DNA of 64,000 nucleotides from Candidatus Omnitrophota bacterium. GTDB lineage: Bacteria > Omnitrophota > Gorgyraeia > Zapsychrales > Fredricksoniimonadaceae. The DNA lies in the NCBI GenBank assembly GCA_037131245.1, contig JBAXRK010000002.1, forward strand, positions 28,143 to 92,142, in the 5' to 3' direction. Every line of letters begins with the position of its first letter. The first letter of the stretch is position 1. This document shows, piece by piece, positions 27,179 to 37,362 of this stretch. A program made the position numbers and the translations under genes. A model generated the notes under the pieces. That model was given only the letters and a program-made list of their open reading frames with translations, made no database searches and was not told the origin of the DNA.

Positions 27179-29317
27179 ATGAAATTGTTCAGAACGATGT
27201 TGTTCCTGATAGCGGCGGTATTTTGCCTGGCCGCGCCTGTTCATGCCAGCGCGTTGGAAGAGGTGAGGATACAAGTTCTGCCTGATGGGTATGAACTATC
27301 CCTTAATTCTCTTTACGCGTTTCAATTACGCAATCTGTCTCCGGTCGGCAAGGCGCGGAAATTCGATATTCAGCTAAAGACCCTGAATTATTCGACCCTC
27401 TCCCAGGAAGGCCGGGATGATATTAATAACGGGGTGATCCCTGCCTGGGACAAGTCGACGGGCCTGCCGCTGAAGGATTTGCATTTTGACGGTGACGACC
27501 AGGAGAATCCCAAGTTAATGATCGAGTTTACCGAGGATGTCCAGATCGATGTGCGTGGTACCGGGGATCAGAAAACCCTGATCATCCGGGTGACGACCGA
27601 CCAGCCGCCGGCGAGTGTGGTGCTTGGCGGGCAACAGGGGGTGGCGATCCCCTTGCCTGACGTCAAGGATGCCGGTGCGGAGTCCGAGGCGCCGCTCATG
27701 GCACAAGCCAAAGAGGCCTTGATGAAAGGCGAGTATGATATGGCGGCCGAGCTTTATCTGAAGGTGCTCTTGACCGCCAAAGGCCCCTTGAAACAACAAG
27801 CCCGAGAATTGCTTGGCGTTGCCCGTGAACGTAATGGCCAGCTGCCCCATGCTGCGGCCGAGTATCAGACCTATCTTAGGGAATATCCTAAAGGTCCCGA
27901 TGCCGACCGCGTGCGCCAGCGCTTGGCCGGCGTGGTAACGGCCGATATGGAACCGCGGACGGCTTTGAAGGAGCCGCTGACGCCCGCCCAGAAAGCCCGG
28001 GCCGAGCAGGCTTTATGGACATCGCAGATCTTTGGCAGCATGTCGCAGTTCTATTACTGGGATTCGCTCAAGATCAAGGGCGGCAAATTCCGCCAGAGCG
28101 TTAATTATCTTTCCAATGACGTGGACCTTAACGGCCGCTTCAAAAGCAAGGACATGGATGTGAACGCCCGCTTTACCGGCGGTACTTTGCAGAATTACCG
28201 TGAGGGCGGCGTTGACGAGGACCGCATCAGCGCGATGTCGGTGGAAGTTAATATGAAAGAGAAGGGGCTTTATACCCGGGTGGGCCGCCAGTCGCTCTCG
28301 ACCGGCGGGGTGCTGGGGCGTTTTGACGGTGTGCAGGTGTCCCAGCGGATCAGGCCCGGCATCAAGCTTAACGGCGTTTACGGCTTTCCGGTGGATACGG
28401 TCAAGATGCCGGAGATCGTGGCGCAGAAGCATTTCGCGGGGGTCAGCATCGATTGGGGCCAGCCAAAAGCCAAGTGGAACTTTAATACCTACGCGATCGA
28501 GCAGTGGAATACGGGCTTGGTGGACCGTCAAGCGGTCGGCGGTGAAATGCGTTATTTTGACATGCAGAAGGCTTTTTTCACCATGCTTGATTATGATACC
28601 TACTTCAAGCAGATCAATATCGCGTCGTTCAACGGGCACTGGAGTTTGCCTACCAAGACCTCGCTGACTTTTGCCGGGGATTACCGCAAGACGCCGCTAT
28701 TGACCGTCAATAATTCCGTTCAGGGGACGGGGTTCGTTGAGATCTCGGACCTGACGGACCGTTTTACCCGTAAAGAATTGCGTCAGTTAGCGCTGGATCG
28801 TACGACCAATAGCAAGTCGCTCTCGGCCGGGATCAGCCAGGACTTGCGCGCGAATTTACAGTGGACGGCGGACGTTTCGGTTTCCGCGATCGAAGGCACG
28901 ATGTCGACGCCGGCGATCACCCTGGTGGAAGGGTCGGACGCGGTGGCCCCGGATTACACGTATTCAACCGAACTTATCGCGAGCAATGTGTTCAAGGAAG
29001 AAGATTCGATCATTTTCGGGTTGGGTTATACCGATTCCGCGGCGAGCAATGACAATTCGATGAACATCAACTGGCGTTATCCGCTGACGTCGCGGATACG
29101 CTTTAACCAGAAGCTGCATATCGCGTTCCGGACAGCGAAGGAATCGACCGACCGGCGGCTAACGACCCGGCCGACCGCGCACCTGGACATACGGTTGACC
29201 AAGTCGGCGAACCTGGAACTGGAAGCCGGAACGGAATGGGTGACCGAGATATCGGCCGGCCAGCGGACCAAGTCGCTGGAAGAGTTCGCGACGATCGGTT
29301 ACCGGCTCAGCTTTTAA
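27179..29317 (+). CDS. outer-membrane beta-barrel-like protein with N-terminal TPR-like region (candidate porin partner of the cytochromes)
   Basis: Start moved to ATG 27179 (MKLFRTMLFLIAAVFCLAAPVHA signal peptide) with an AGAGGGTGA RBS. C-terminus GYRLSF has the aromatic terminal residue typical of OM beta-barrels. Alternating amphipathic strands in the C-terminal ~450 aa. Confidence 0.5.
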   Translation: MKLFRTMLFLIAAVFCLAAPVHASALEEVRIQVLPDGYELSLNSLYAFQLRNLSPVGKARKFDIQLKTLNYSTLSQEGRDDINNGVIPAWDKSTGLPLKDLHFDGDDQENPKLMIEFTEDVQIDVRGTGDQKTLIIRVTTDQPPASVVLGGQQGVAIPLPDVKDAGAESEAPLMAQAKEALMKGEYDMAAELYLKVLLTAKGPLKQQARELLGVARERNGQLPHAAAEYQTYLREYPKGPDADRVRQRLAGVVTADMEPRTALKEPLTPAQKARAEQALWTSQIFGSMSQFYYWDSLKIKGGKFRQSVNYLSNDVDLNGRFKSKDMDVNARFTGGTLQNYREGGVDEDRISAMSVEVNMKEKGLYTRVGRQSLSTGGVLGRFDGVQVSQRIRPGIKLNGVYGFPVDTVKMPEIVAQKHFAGVSIDWGQPKAKWNFNTYAIEQWNTGLVDRQAVGGEMRYFDMQKAFFTMLDYDTYFKQINIASFNGHWSLPTKTSLTFAGDYRKTPLLTVNNSVQGTGFVEISDLTDRFTRKELRQLALDRTTNSKSLSAGISQDLRANLQWTADVSVSAIEGTMSTPAITLVEGSDAVAPDYTYSTELIASNVFKEEDSIIFGLGYTDSAASNDNSMNINWRYPLTSRIRFNQKLHIAFRTAKESTDRRLTTRPTAHLDIRLTKSANLELEAGTEWVTEISAGQRTKSLEEFATIGYRLSF

Positions 29318-29325
29318 CAGGCAGG

Positions 29326-31239
29326 ATGGTCGCATTGAAGGCAGTTTTAATCGCATTATTATTTCTGGCGTGCGCGGGGGAGTGTCTTGCCGCTGTTGCC
29401 GAAAGCCCGGTGGCTCCGTCGCAGGCGCTCGAAGATGCCAAGCGCGCGGTGCGCCTGAGGGATTACAAAAAAGCATTCAACTTCTTTACCGACGCGGCGC
29501 GCCAGGGCAATGCCCAGGCGCAGTTCAACCTGGCGATGATGTATGAAAGCGGCCGGGGCACGCCCGCCGATCGCGATGCCGCGCTTAGCTGGTACAAGGC
29601 CGCGGCCCTCCTGAAATACGCTCCCGCCATTGAAAAAATCGACGAGCTTAAGAAACAGGGCGAAGATATCCGGCGTAACCCTGACGCTTCCAAAGAAGAG
29701 CAGTTGTTGGCGGCGATCCGGGAGAATAGTGCTGACGATGTGTCGCGCCTGCTGGGTGCCGGCGTTAATATCAATTACCAGGATAAATACGGGCAGACCG
29801 CTTTGATCGTGGCGGTAGAGGCCGGGCCTGACAGCCTGGACCTGGTGCGCCGGCTGGTCGCCAAAGGCGCGGGCCTGGAAGCGCAAGGTAAGGACGGGCG
29901 CAACGCGCTGTTGACGGCGACGCTGAGAAAAAATATTGAGGCGGCGCGTTTTTTGCTGGGATCCGGGGCGTTGGTTGACGCGGCCGATGCCCAGGGGGTG
30001 ACCGCGCTGATGCTGGCCGCGCAGCTTGATGACGCGGCGATGGTCAATTTGCTTATTGAAAAGAAAGCCGATCCGAAGAAGGTTAACGCGGCCGGGCATG
30101 GGGCGCTGGAGATCGCGCTGCTTAAGAAGCATGATGATATCGCCCGCCTTCTTCTGGCGACGGGCAAAGTGGCCCTGCCGCCGCAATTCAAGGATCCCGA
30201 CGCGGTAAAAGCCGTGGCGGCCAGGCTTAAGGATATGAAAGAGGCCAACAAGGGGACGCCGTTCGAGAAATGGACGCCCCTGATGCTGGCGTCATGGCGG
30301 GGAGAAAAAGAGATCGTGGTTTTGTTGCTGTCGCAGGGGGAAGCCGTCGACACCTTGAGCGATGACGGTTACACCGCGTTAAGCCGGGCGGCCTGGCAGG
30401 GGCACGCGGATATTGTGGAGCTGTTGCTGAAGGCCGGGGCGAAGAGCGACGCCGTTCCGGACCAGGCAAAAGCCTCGCCGCTGATCCTGGCGGCGGCCAA
30501 CGGGCATGAGGAGGCGCTGGCGCGCTTGATCGCCAGCAGTGGTTACGCGCCGGCGCGCGCGGCAATTTTTAAGGCAGCTTTAGCCGCCGCTGTCAAGAAC
30601 GGCCACGGGGCGGCAGCTAAATGTTTACTTGAGGCGGGGGTTCCGCTGGGTTCATCCGAAGCCGGTGGTTCGCCGCTGTTATCCGCGGCGGCCAGCGGGG
30701 ATGTTAATCTTATCGAGATCTTTCTGGACCATCAGGCTGACGTTAATGGAGCTGACAGCACGGGCCGGACGGCGTTGATGATCGCTGCCGAGAACGGCCA
30801 GGCCGACGCGGTAAAAGTCCTGCTGGCGCGCCACGCGGCGCTGGATGCCCAAAATAATGATGGGTATTCGGCGCTGTCTTTCGCGGCGCGCGCGGGTAAA
30901 GCCGATGCGGCCGCGCTGTTGCTGGCAGCCGGAAGCCGGGTTGACCTCGTGGGCATTCGTGGTGATACGCCCTTGATCCTGGCGGCGGATGCCGGCGCCG
31001 GGGAAGTGGCGCGGCTTTTGCTGGAACATAAGGCCTCGGTGGACATGGCCAATAAAGCGGGGGATACGCCGCTGCTCATCGCGGTCAAGCGCGACGATCG
31101 CGCCATGGCCGCGCTGTTTCTGGAACACGGGGCTAATCCGTACCTGTCGGTGAAGACCGTCGATAATTCCAGCGAGGCCATGAGAGCGCTGCTGGATAAA
31201 CATAAAAGTGTCAAGAATTGGCTGATGAAGCTCCTATGA
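29326..31239 (+). CDS. secreted Sel1-repeat / ankyrin-repeat protein
   Basis: Start ATG 29326 (MVALKAVLIALLFLACAGECLA signal peptide). Sel1-like repeat AQAQFNLAMMYESGRGTPADRDAALSWYKAAA. At least 10 ankyrin repeats (GxTALMxAAxxGHxxxVxxLLxxGA pattern) through the C-terminus. Confidence 0.75.
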   Translation: MVALKAVLIALLFLACAGECLAAVAESPVAPSQALEDAKRAVRLRDYKKAFNFFTDAARQGNAQAQFNLAMMYESGRGTPADRDAALSWYKAAALLKYAPAIEKIDELKKQGEDIRRNPDASKEEQLLAAIRENSADDVSRLLGAGVNINYQDKYGQTALIVAVEAGPDSLDLVRRLVAKGAGLEAQGKDGRNALLTATLRKNIEAARFLLGSGALVDAADAQGVTALMLAAQLDDAAMVNLLIEKKADPKKVNAAGHGALEIALLKKHDDIARLLLATGKVALPPQFKDPDAVKAVAARLKDMKEANKGTPFEKWTPLMLASWRGEKEIVVLLLSQGEAVDTLSDDGYTALSRAAWQGHADIVELLLKAGAKSDAVPDQAKASPLILAAANGHEEALARLIASSGYAPARAAIFKAALAAAVKNGHGAAAKCLLEAGVPLGSSEAGGSPLLSAAASGDVNLIEIFLDHQADVNGADSTGRTALMIAAENGQADAVKVLLARHAALDAQNNDGYSALSFAARAGKADAAALLLAAGSRVDLVGIRGDTPLILAADAGAGEVARLLLEHKASVDMANKAGDTPLLIAVKRDDRAMAALFLEHGANPYLSVKTVDNSSEAMRALLDKHKSVKNWLMKLL

Positions 31240-32108
31240 TAGAAAAGATAAAATCTTTTTACGCCAAAAGAATTTACAGCCGGCTTTTACCGGCCTTCTC
31301 GGTTTTTGTTTGCCTCGTCCTGCTGATCGGCTGGCGGCTTAGCCGCCATGAGCTGATCACGCCCAAACATGGCGCCGGTTACCTGCTCGGCCCGGTCGGT
31401 GTCATTTTGGTCATTGTCCTGATGATCTATCCGCTCAAGAAAAGGATCAAGACCTTGGCTGTTCCGGGCAGCGCCAAACAATGGTTCCAGTTCCACATGT
31501 TCCTTGGCGTGGTCGGGCCGCTTTTTATCCTTTATCATGCCAATTTTCATTTCGGGGCGCTTAACAGCAATGTTGCCCTTCTGTCGCTGTTGATCGTTTC
31601 GGCCAGCGGGGTGGTCGGAAAATATTTCTACGGACGGATCCATCGCACGCTCTACGGTGAGCGCACCAGTTTGCTGGAGCTACAGAAAACCTTCGACCAG
31701 CAGAAGGAAGAGGTTGAGATCCATCTGGGGATCATCCCCGGTGTCCGCGAGGAGCTCGGCCGGTTCGCGGCGAAAGTGTCCACGCCGACCAAGGAATTGA
31801 TGCTTAGTTTTAAACGTTTGTGCCTGGTGCGCTGGGAAGCGCAGGTGGTGCGCTGGAAGATCAGGGGCCTGATCATCTCTTTCCTTGATCAGCATGCCAA
31901 AGAGCGCCAGTGGAGCCCCCTGCGTAAGCGCCTGATGCGCGCGCAGATGGCTCGTAAAACGCTCAAGTTCCTTGGCCAGACGCTAAAGGTCGCGGAGTTC
32001 AACTTTTATGAACGGGTGTTCTCTTATTGGCATATGCTCCATCTGCCGCTGGTTTTTATCCTCGCCTTTGCTGTCCTTTTTCATGTTTTAGCCGTGAACC
32101 GGTATTAA
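31236..32108 (+). CDS. integral membrane protein with intramembrane His pairs (possible b-type haem / redox partner)
   Basis: ATG 31236 overlaps the ankyrin gene stop (ATGA). About 5 TM helices. TM3 carries FQFH...LYH (His i, i+14) and the last TM carries WHMLH...FH. No family assignable. Confidence 0.45.
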   Translation: MIEKIKSFYAKRIYSRLLPAFSVFVCLVLLIGWRLSRHELITPKHGAGYLLGPVGVILVIVLMIYPLKKRIKTLAVPGSAKQWFQFHMFLGVVGPLFILYHANFHFGALNSNVALLSLLIVSASGVVGKYFYGRIHRTLYGERTSLLELQKTFDQQKEEVEIHLGIIPGVREELGRFAAKVSTPTKELMLSFKRLCLVRWEAQVVRWKIRGLIISFLDQHAKERQWSPLRKRLMRAQMARKTLKFLGQTLKVAEFNFYERVFSYWHMLHLPLVFILAFAVLFHVLAVNRY

Positions 32109-32136
32109 GGAAAGCAACTGTTCTTTCCGTTTTTAA
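32109..32136 (+). terminator. rho-independent terminator after the cytochrome gene cluster
   Basis: GGAAAG-caactgtt-CTTTCC perfect 6-bp stem directly after the stop at 32108, followed by GTTTTTAATCGATTTTTTATGGTTTTTTTT. Confidence 0.55.
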
Positions 32137-32266
32137 TCGATTTTTTATGGTTTTTTTTGCTCCGCGGGTTGCATTTACACCCTGGATGTGTTAACCTTTC
32201 GGGTATGTAAGACGTTCTTCGTGATTATCTTGATTCTCCAATTTTGTTCCCCAAGGAGGCCCCTAT

Positions 32267-33679
32267 ATGCTTAAAGAGAACGCGACAACATTCCGCCGTA
32301 TTATGATCTTGGTCGATTTTTCGTTTTTGATCGCGGCCTTTTTCATCGCCTACTTTTGGCGCAGCAGCATTCATGACCTTGAACCGCTCAGAGCTTATTT
32401 GTGGATCCTGCCAACCATGCTGCTGGTTTGGACGGGCGGCCTTTTTGCCATGGGTATTTATGAATCGTTCCGTTTGCGCAGCGCGTTTGAACTCGCGGGG
32501 CGTATTATCCTGGTGGGAACTCTTGGCCTGTTGCTCTTTAGCTCGCTGAACTACCTGGTTGGGATCAATTACGTTTCCCGTTCGTTCACCATTGCCGCGT
32601 TCGGGTTGGGGACTCTTTTCCTGATCCTCGAGCGCGTTATTGTGGTCACCGCTTTTCGCGTCCTTCGTTCCGGCGGTTATAATTTTCGTAATATTATTGT
32701 TGTCGGTACCGGCCCGCGCGCGGTGCATTTTATCCGCGGCATCAAGGACCATGCCGAGTTCGGGCTACAGATCATCGGGATCATCGATGATGACCCCTCC
32801 AAGGTGGGGCAGGATTTTGAAGGGTACAAGGTTATCGGCACGATCAAAGATATTTCTTCTATCCTGCTTACCGGTGGCATTACCGTGGACCAGGTGGTGT
32901 TCATTGTGCCGCGCCGCTGGATCGATCGTATCCAGGAGCCGGTGCTTTTCTGCGAAACCGTGGGTATTTCCGTTAATGTGGCGGTGGATTTCTTCGACCT
33001 TCAGTTCATCCAGGGCAAGGAAACCTCGATCTTCGGCATGCCTTTTTTGATGTTCGATTCCACCCCCGGCCAGGACGGGCAGCTTTTTGTTAAACGGCTG
33101 ATGGATATTGTGCTTTCCGGTACAGCGCTTCTTTTGCTAAGCCCGTTGTTCCTTATTGTCGGCCTGCTGATCAAACTAACGTCGCCCGGTCCGGTGCTGT
33201 TTCGCCAGCAGCGCAGCACGCTTAATCACCGCACCTTCGCGCTTTATAAATTCCGTACCATGTACCAGGATGCCGAGGCCCGCCTGGAGGAACTTAAGAA
33301 GTTCAATCAGATGGAAGGCCCGGTGTTCAAGATGGATAATGACCCGCGCATCACGCCGCTGGGGCAGTTCCTGCGCAAGACCAGTATTGATGAATTGCCG
33401 CAGTTGTGGAATATCCTGTGGGGCCAGATGAGCATTGTGGGCCCGCGCCCGCCGTTACCGCGCGAGGTTGAGGAATACGATCCCTGGCAGCGCCGCCGGC
33501 TTAGCATGCGCCCGGGCCTGACCTGCTTGTGGCAGATCAGCGGCCGCAACAAGATCACGAACTTTGACCAGTGGATGCGCCTGGACCTGGAGTATATTGA
33601 TAACTGGTCCATTTGGCTGGACCTGAAGATCATATTAAAAACATTTCCGGTGGTGCTTTTCGGCATCGGCGCGAAATAA
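32267..33679 (+). CDS. polyprenyl-phosphate hexose-1-phosphate transferase (WbaP/EpsB-type initiating sugar transferase)
   Basis: 470 aa. 4-5 N-terminal TM helices. C-terminal bacterial sugar-transferase domain ([37 protein letters not shown] ... [13 protein letters not shown]). AAGGAGG RBS. Confidence 0.8.
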   Translation: MLKENATTFRRIMILVDFSFLIAAFFIAYFWRSSIHDLEPLRAYLWILPTMLLVWTGGLFAMGIYESFRLRSAFELAGRIILVGTLGLLLFSSLNYLVGINYVSRSFTIAAFGLGTLFLILERVIVVTAFRVLRSGGYNFRNIIVVGTGPRAVHFIRGIKDHAEFGLQIIGIIDDDPSKVGQDFEGYKVIGTIKDISSILLTGGITVDQVVFIVPRRWIDRIQEPVLFCETVGISVNVAVDFFDLQFIQGKETSIFGMPFLMFDSTPGQDGQLFVKRLMDIVLSGTALLLLSPLFLIVGLLIKLTSPGPVLFRQQRSTLNHRTFALYKFRTMYQDAEARLEELKKFNQMEGPVFKMDNDPRITPLGQFLRKTSIDELPQLWNILWGQMSIVGPRPPLPREVEEYDPWQRRRLSMRPGLTCLWQISGRNKITNFDQWMRLDLEYIDNWSIWLDLKIILKTFPVVLFGIGAK

Positions 33680-33692
33680 AGGAGATCGGCTT

Positions 33693-34055
33693 ATGGCACC
33701 GCATAAAGCAGTTCCGCGCCCCTGGGGTTCTTACACGGTCATCGACAAGGGGAATGGTTTCAAGGTCAAGCTAGTTGAAGTGCTCCCCGGCAAGCGTTTG
33801 AGTTTGCAGAGCCACGAGCATCGCAGCGAGCACTGGGTGGTGGTGCAGGGCACGGCCAAGATCACCAATGGCCGCAACACGCTTTTCTTAGACGAGAACC
33901 AGAGCACGTATATCCCCAAGAAGACGCTGCATCGGCTGGAGAATCCTGAAGCGCGCCGGAAATTGCGCATTATTGAAGTGCAGTGCGGCGGCTATACCGG
34001 GGAAGACGATATCAAGCGTTTTGACGACGATCACGGCCGGCCGGTGGAAGCGTGA
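33693..34055 (+). CDS. cupin-domain protein (mannose-6-phosphate isomerase type II C-terminal-like)
   Basis: 120 aa. [21 protein letters not shown] cupin motif 1. AAGGAGA RBS. Confidence 0.6.
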   Translation: MAPHKAVPRPWGSYTVIDKGNGFKVKLVEVLPGKRLSLQSHEHRSEHWVVVQGTAKITNGRNTLFLDENQSTYIPKKTLHRLENPEARRKLRIIEVQCGGYTGEDDIKRFDDDHGRPVEA

Positions 34056-34915
34056 AGGGCATTATCCTCGCGGGCGGCACGGCGACGCGCCTTTTTCCCA
34101 TTACCAAGTCGGTTTCCAAGCAGCTCCTGCCGGTTTACGACAAGCCGATGATCTATTATCCGCTGTCGGTCTTGATGCTCGCCGGTATCCGGGAGATCCT
34201 GATCATTTCAACCCCGCAGGCTTTGCCGCAGTTCGAACAGCTTTTTGGCGACGGCAGCGACCTGGGCCTTAAGATCAGCTACGCCGCGCAGCCCAAGCCG
34301 CGGGGGCTGGCCGATGCTTTTATTGTGGGGGCCGATTTTATCGGGCGCGATAGCGTGGCTTTGGTTTTGGGCGATAATATTTTCTTCGGGCATGACCTTT
34401 ACGCGTCGCTGCAGCAGGCGGCCAAGCGGACGGCGGGCGCGACGGTTTTCGGTTATTACGTTAAAGACCCTGAACGCTATGGCGTGGTGGAATTCGATGC
34501 CAATGGCAAGGCGCTTTCTATTGAGGAAAAACCTTTAAAGCCGCGTTCCCGCTGGGCGGTGACGGGGCTTTATTTTTATGATAATCAGGTGCTTGAGATC
34601 GCCCGCAAGGTGAAGCCTTCGGCGCGCGGCGAGGTTGAGATCACGGATATCAATAATGCTTATTTGGAAAAGGGCCAGTTGCAGGTGGAACGACTGGGCC
34701 GCGGGTTTGCCTGGCTGGATACCGGCACCTATGAATCATTGATCGACGCGTCGGTGTTCATCAAGACGGTCGAGGACCGGCAGGGGCTTAAGATCGCCTG
34801 TATCGAGGAGATCGCGTACCGGATGGGCTATATTAAGAAAGACCAGTTGCTCCGCCTGGGGGCGGCGATTAAAACGTCCTACGGCGATTATCTTAAGCTG
34901 GTGGCCGAGGAATAA
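34052..34915 (+). CDS. rmlA: glucose-1-phosphate thymidylyltransferase
   Basis: GTG start overlapping the cupin stop. [38 protein letters not shown] is a near-canonical RmlA N-terminus. 287 aa. Confidence 0.9.
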   Translation: MKGIILAGGTATRLFPITKSVSKQLLPVYDKPMIYYPLSVLMLAGIREILIISTPQALPQFEQLFGDGSDLGLKISYAAQPKPRGLADAFIVGADFIGRDSVALVLGDNIFFGHDLYASLQQAAKRTAGATVFGYYVKDPERYGVVEFDANGKALSIEEKPLKPRSRWAVTGLYFYDNQVLEIARKVKPSARGEVEITDINNAYLEKGQLQVERLGRGFAWLDTGTYESLIDASVFIKTVEDRQGLKIACIEEIAYRMGYIKKDQLLRLGAAIKTSYGDYLKLVAEE

Positions 34916-34916
34916 T

Positions 34917-35486
34917 ATGCCGTTTACGTTCACGCCTACCGCGATCGCGGATGTCATTGAAGTTGAACCGAAGCAGTTCCCGGATGGCCGGGGATTCTTT
35001 GCTGAACTTTATAAAAGCACGGATTTTAAGGCGGCGGGTATTACCGTCGGCTTATGCCAGGTGAATCAGTCCCGGTCGCAAAAAAATGTTTTGCGTGGCC
35101 TGCATTATCAGCTGAAGCCCCAAGCGCAGGCCAAACTGGTGGCGGTGCTGCGCGGCGAGATCTTCGATGTGGCGGTGGATATCCGCAAAGGCTCCCCGAC
35201 TTTTGGCCATTGGGTGGGTGCGACACTTTCCGAAACGAATAAAAAGATGCTTTACCTTCCCGAAGGCTTCGCGCACGGTTTCTGTGCTATTTCCGACGAG
35301 GTCGAGATCATGTATTTTTGTTCCAATGAGTACGCGGCGGCTTGCGAGCGCAGTATTATCTGGAACGATCCGGCGATCGGCATCACCTGGCCGGTGGCGG
35401 CGCCTATCTTGTCGCCCAAGGATGCCGGCGGTGTTCTGCTGGCCGCGGCCGAGACCAATTTCGAATACCGGAAAGCCTGTTCATGA
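34917..35486 (+). CDS. rmlC: dTDP-4-dehydrorhamnose 3,5-epimerase
   Basis: 189 aa. RGLHYQ, FAHGF and cupin-fold RmlC signature residues. Confidence 0.85.
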   Translation: MPFTFTPTAIADVIEVEPKQFPDGRGFFAELYKSTDFKAAGITVGLCQVNQSRSQKNVLRGLHYQLKPQAQAKLVAVLRGEIFDVAVDIRKGSPTFGHWVGATLSETNKKMLYLPEGFAHGFCAISDEVEIMYFCSNEYAAACERSIIWNDPAIGITWPVAAPILSPKDAGGVLLAAAETNFEYRKACS

Positions 35487-36343
35487 AGAAAGTGGTCATT
35501 TTCGGTGGCGACGGGCAGCTTGGCAGCGAGTTCCAGCAACGGTTGCGGAGGTTGCAGGTGCCTTTTGTCGCGGCCGATATCGCCCAGTGCGATATTACCA
35601 AGGCATTCGCTGTTGAACATTTTCTGGAAGAGCAAAAGCCCGACCTGCTGATCAATTGCGCGGCGTACAATCAGGTGGACCTGGCGGAGGATAACCCCGA
35701 GGCGGCGTTCGCGGTGAATGCCAAGGCGCCGGGCATCCTGGCACGGGCCTGCGCGGGGCGCGGTATTTTTCTGGTGCATTACAGTACCGATTACGTTTTT
35801 GACGGGACCAAGGGCCTGCTTTATACGGAGCAGGACGCGCCTAACCCGCTGGGCGTTTACGGCGCCAGCAAGCTGGAAGGCGAGCGGCAGGTGCAGGCCG
35901 CGGGCGGGAATTTTCTGATCTTCCGCCTTAGCTGGGTGATCGGGCCGGGGCAGCAGAATTTTCTATACAAATTACGCCAGTGGGCAGAAAAGAACGATAC
36001 CCTTAAGATCACCGAGGATGAAGTGTCGGTGCCGACCTTTACCCGGACGGTGGTTGATGTCACGCTGGCGGCCCGTAGCGCGGGGCTGAAGGGCTTGTGG
36101 CATCTGACCAATTCGGGGCAGGCGTCGCGCTTTGAACTGGCGACCGAATTCTTCCGGCTGGCGGGCATTAAAAAGACACTGATTCCTGTTCCGGTGAGCA
36201 GTTTCAATTTAAGGGCCCTTCGGCCGCCCTGTTCGGCAATGTCGAGCGCGGCCCTTGCCAAGGCGCTGGGCATTGTTATTCCCGACTGGCGGGCCGGGTT
36301 GAAGAAATACATGAGCGAACAGATAGAAGGGGCTGTGGGATGA
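35483..36343 (+). CDS. rmlD: dTDP-4-dehydrorhamnose reductase
   Basis: Start ATG 35483 (MKKVVIFGGDGQLG), in frame with track ORF 35342 and overlapping the rmlC stop. YSTDYVFDG active-site region. Confidence 0.85.
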   Translation: MKKVVIFGGDGQLGSEFQQRLRRLQVPFVAADIAQCDITKAFAVEHFLEEQKPDLLINCAAYNQVDLAEDNPEAAFAVNAKAPGILARACAGRGIFLVHYSTDYVFDGTKGLLYTEQDAPNPLGVYGASKLEGERQVQAAGGNFLIFRLSWVIGPGQQNFLYKLRQWAEKNDTLKITEDEVSVPTFTRTVVDVTLAARSAGLKGLWHLTNSGQASRFELATEFFRLAGIKKTLIPVPVSSFNLRALRPPCSAMSSAALAKALGIVIPDWRAGLKKYMSEQIEGAVG

Positions 36344-37323
36344 TGAAAATCTTTGTGACCGGCGGATCGGGATTTATCGGGTCGAACTTTATCCATTACC
36401 TGCTTGGCGCGCGCGGGGACGTGGAGCTGGTTAATTTCGACGCGCTGACTTATGCCGGCAATCCCGACAATCTGGCGGCTCTTAAGGGCCAGGCGCGGCT
36501 GACGTTCATTAAAGGCAATATCACGCATCATGACGCGGTGCGCGCGGCCATGCAGGGTGCGCAGGCGGTGGTGCATTTCGCGGCGGAGTCGCATGTGGAC
36601 CGCAGCATCACGGGCCCCGAGATCTTCACCCAGACCAATGTGTTGGGCACGCAGGTGCTGCTGGATATAGCGCGCGAGCTGGGCATCAAGCGTTTTGTGC
36701 ATGTATCGACCGACGAGGTTTACGGCTCGCTGGGCGCGACGGGCTATTTTATGGAAGATACACCGCTGGCGCCCAATAGCCCTTATTCCGCCAGCAAGGC
36801 CGGCAGCGACCTTCTGGTGCGGGCGTATTTTCATACCTTCGGTTTCCCCGGGATCATTACCCGCTGTTCCAATAATTACGGGCCGTATCAGTTTCCGGAG
36901 AAACTTATTCCACTGATGATCTCGAATGCCCTCGAGGGCAAACGCCTGCCGGTTTACGGCGATGGGCTTAATGTGCGCGACTGGCTTTATGTGGAAGACC
37001 ATTGCCGGGCCATCGCGGCTGTTCTTGACCGCGGCAAGCTGGGCGAGGTGTATAACATCGGCGGGCATAATGAGTGGAAGAACATCGACATTGTTAAGCT
37101 GATCTTAAAGGAACTCGGCAAGCCCGAGAGCCTTATTGAATTCGTGCCCGACCGGCTGGGCCATGACCGCCGTTATGCCATTGACCCCGCCAAGATCGGC
37201 CGTGAGCTGGGGTGGCAGCCCACCATTCTTTTTCCCGAAGGCATTAAACATACCATTGCGTGGTATGTGAACAATCCACAATGGATCGCCCGCATCAAGA
37301 GCGGGGCGTACCGTAATTCGTGA
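36340..37323 (+). CDS. rmlB: dTDP-glucose 4,6-dehydratase
   Basis: 327 aa. VTGGSGFIGSNF Rossmann motif and the YSASKAGSD catalytic YxxxK. Overlaps rmlD by 4 nt. Confidence 0.9.
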   Translation: MMKIFVTGGSGFIGSNFIHYLLGARGDVELVNFDALTYAGNPDNLAALKGQARLTFIKGNITHHDAVRAAMQGAQAVVHFAAESHVDRSITGPEIFTQTNVLGTQVLLDIARELGIKRFVHVSTDEVYGSLGATGYFMEDTPLAPNSPYSASKAGSDLLVRAYFHTFGFPGIITRCSNNYGPYQFPEKLIPLMISNALEGKRLPVYGDGLNVRDWLYVEDHCRAIAAVLDRGKLGEVYNIGGHNEWKNIDIVKLILKELGKPESLIEFVPDRLGHDRRYAIDPAKIGRELGWQPTILFPEGIKHTIAWYVNNPQWIARIKSGAYRNS

Positions 37324-37362
37324 TTTGTTGCGTATATTTAACAAATATGTTATATTATTGAC

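Noticed and set aside
35857-37068. 403-aa minus-strand ORF antisense to rmlD/rmlB. Also 38046-38852 antisense to abiEii, 51915-52727 antisense to gmd and 53911-54483 antisense to fcl.
   Set aside because: These span gene boundaries of a conserved rml operon and other confidently assigned genes. They have no recognisable domains.
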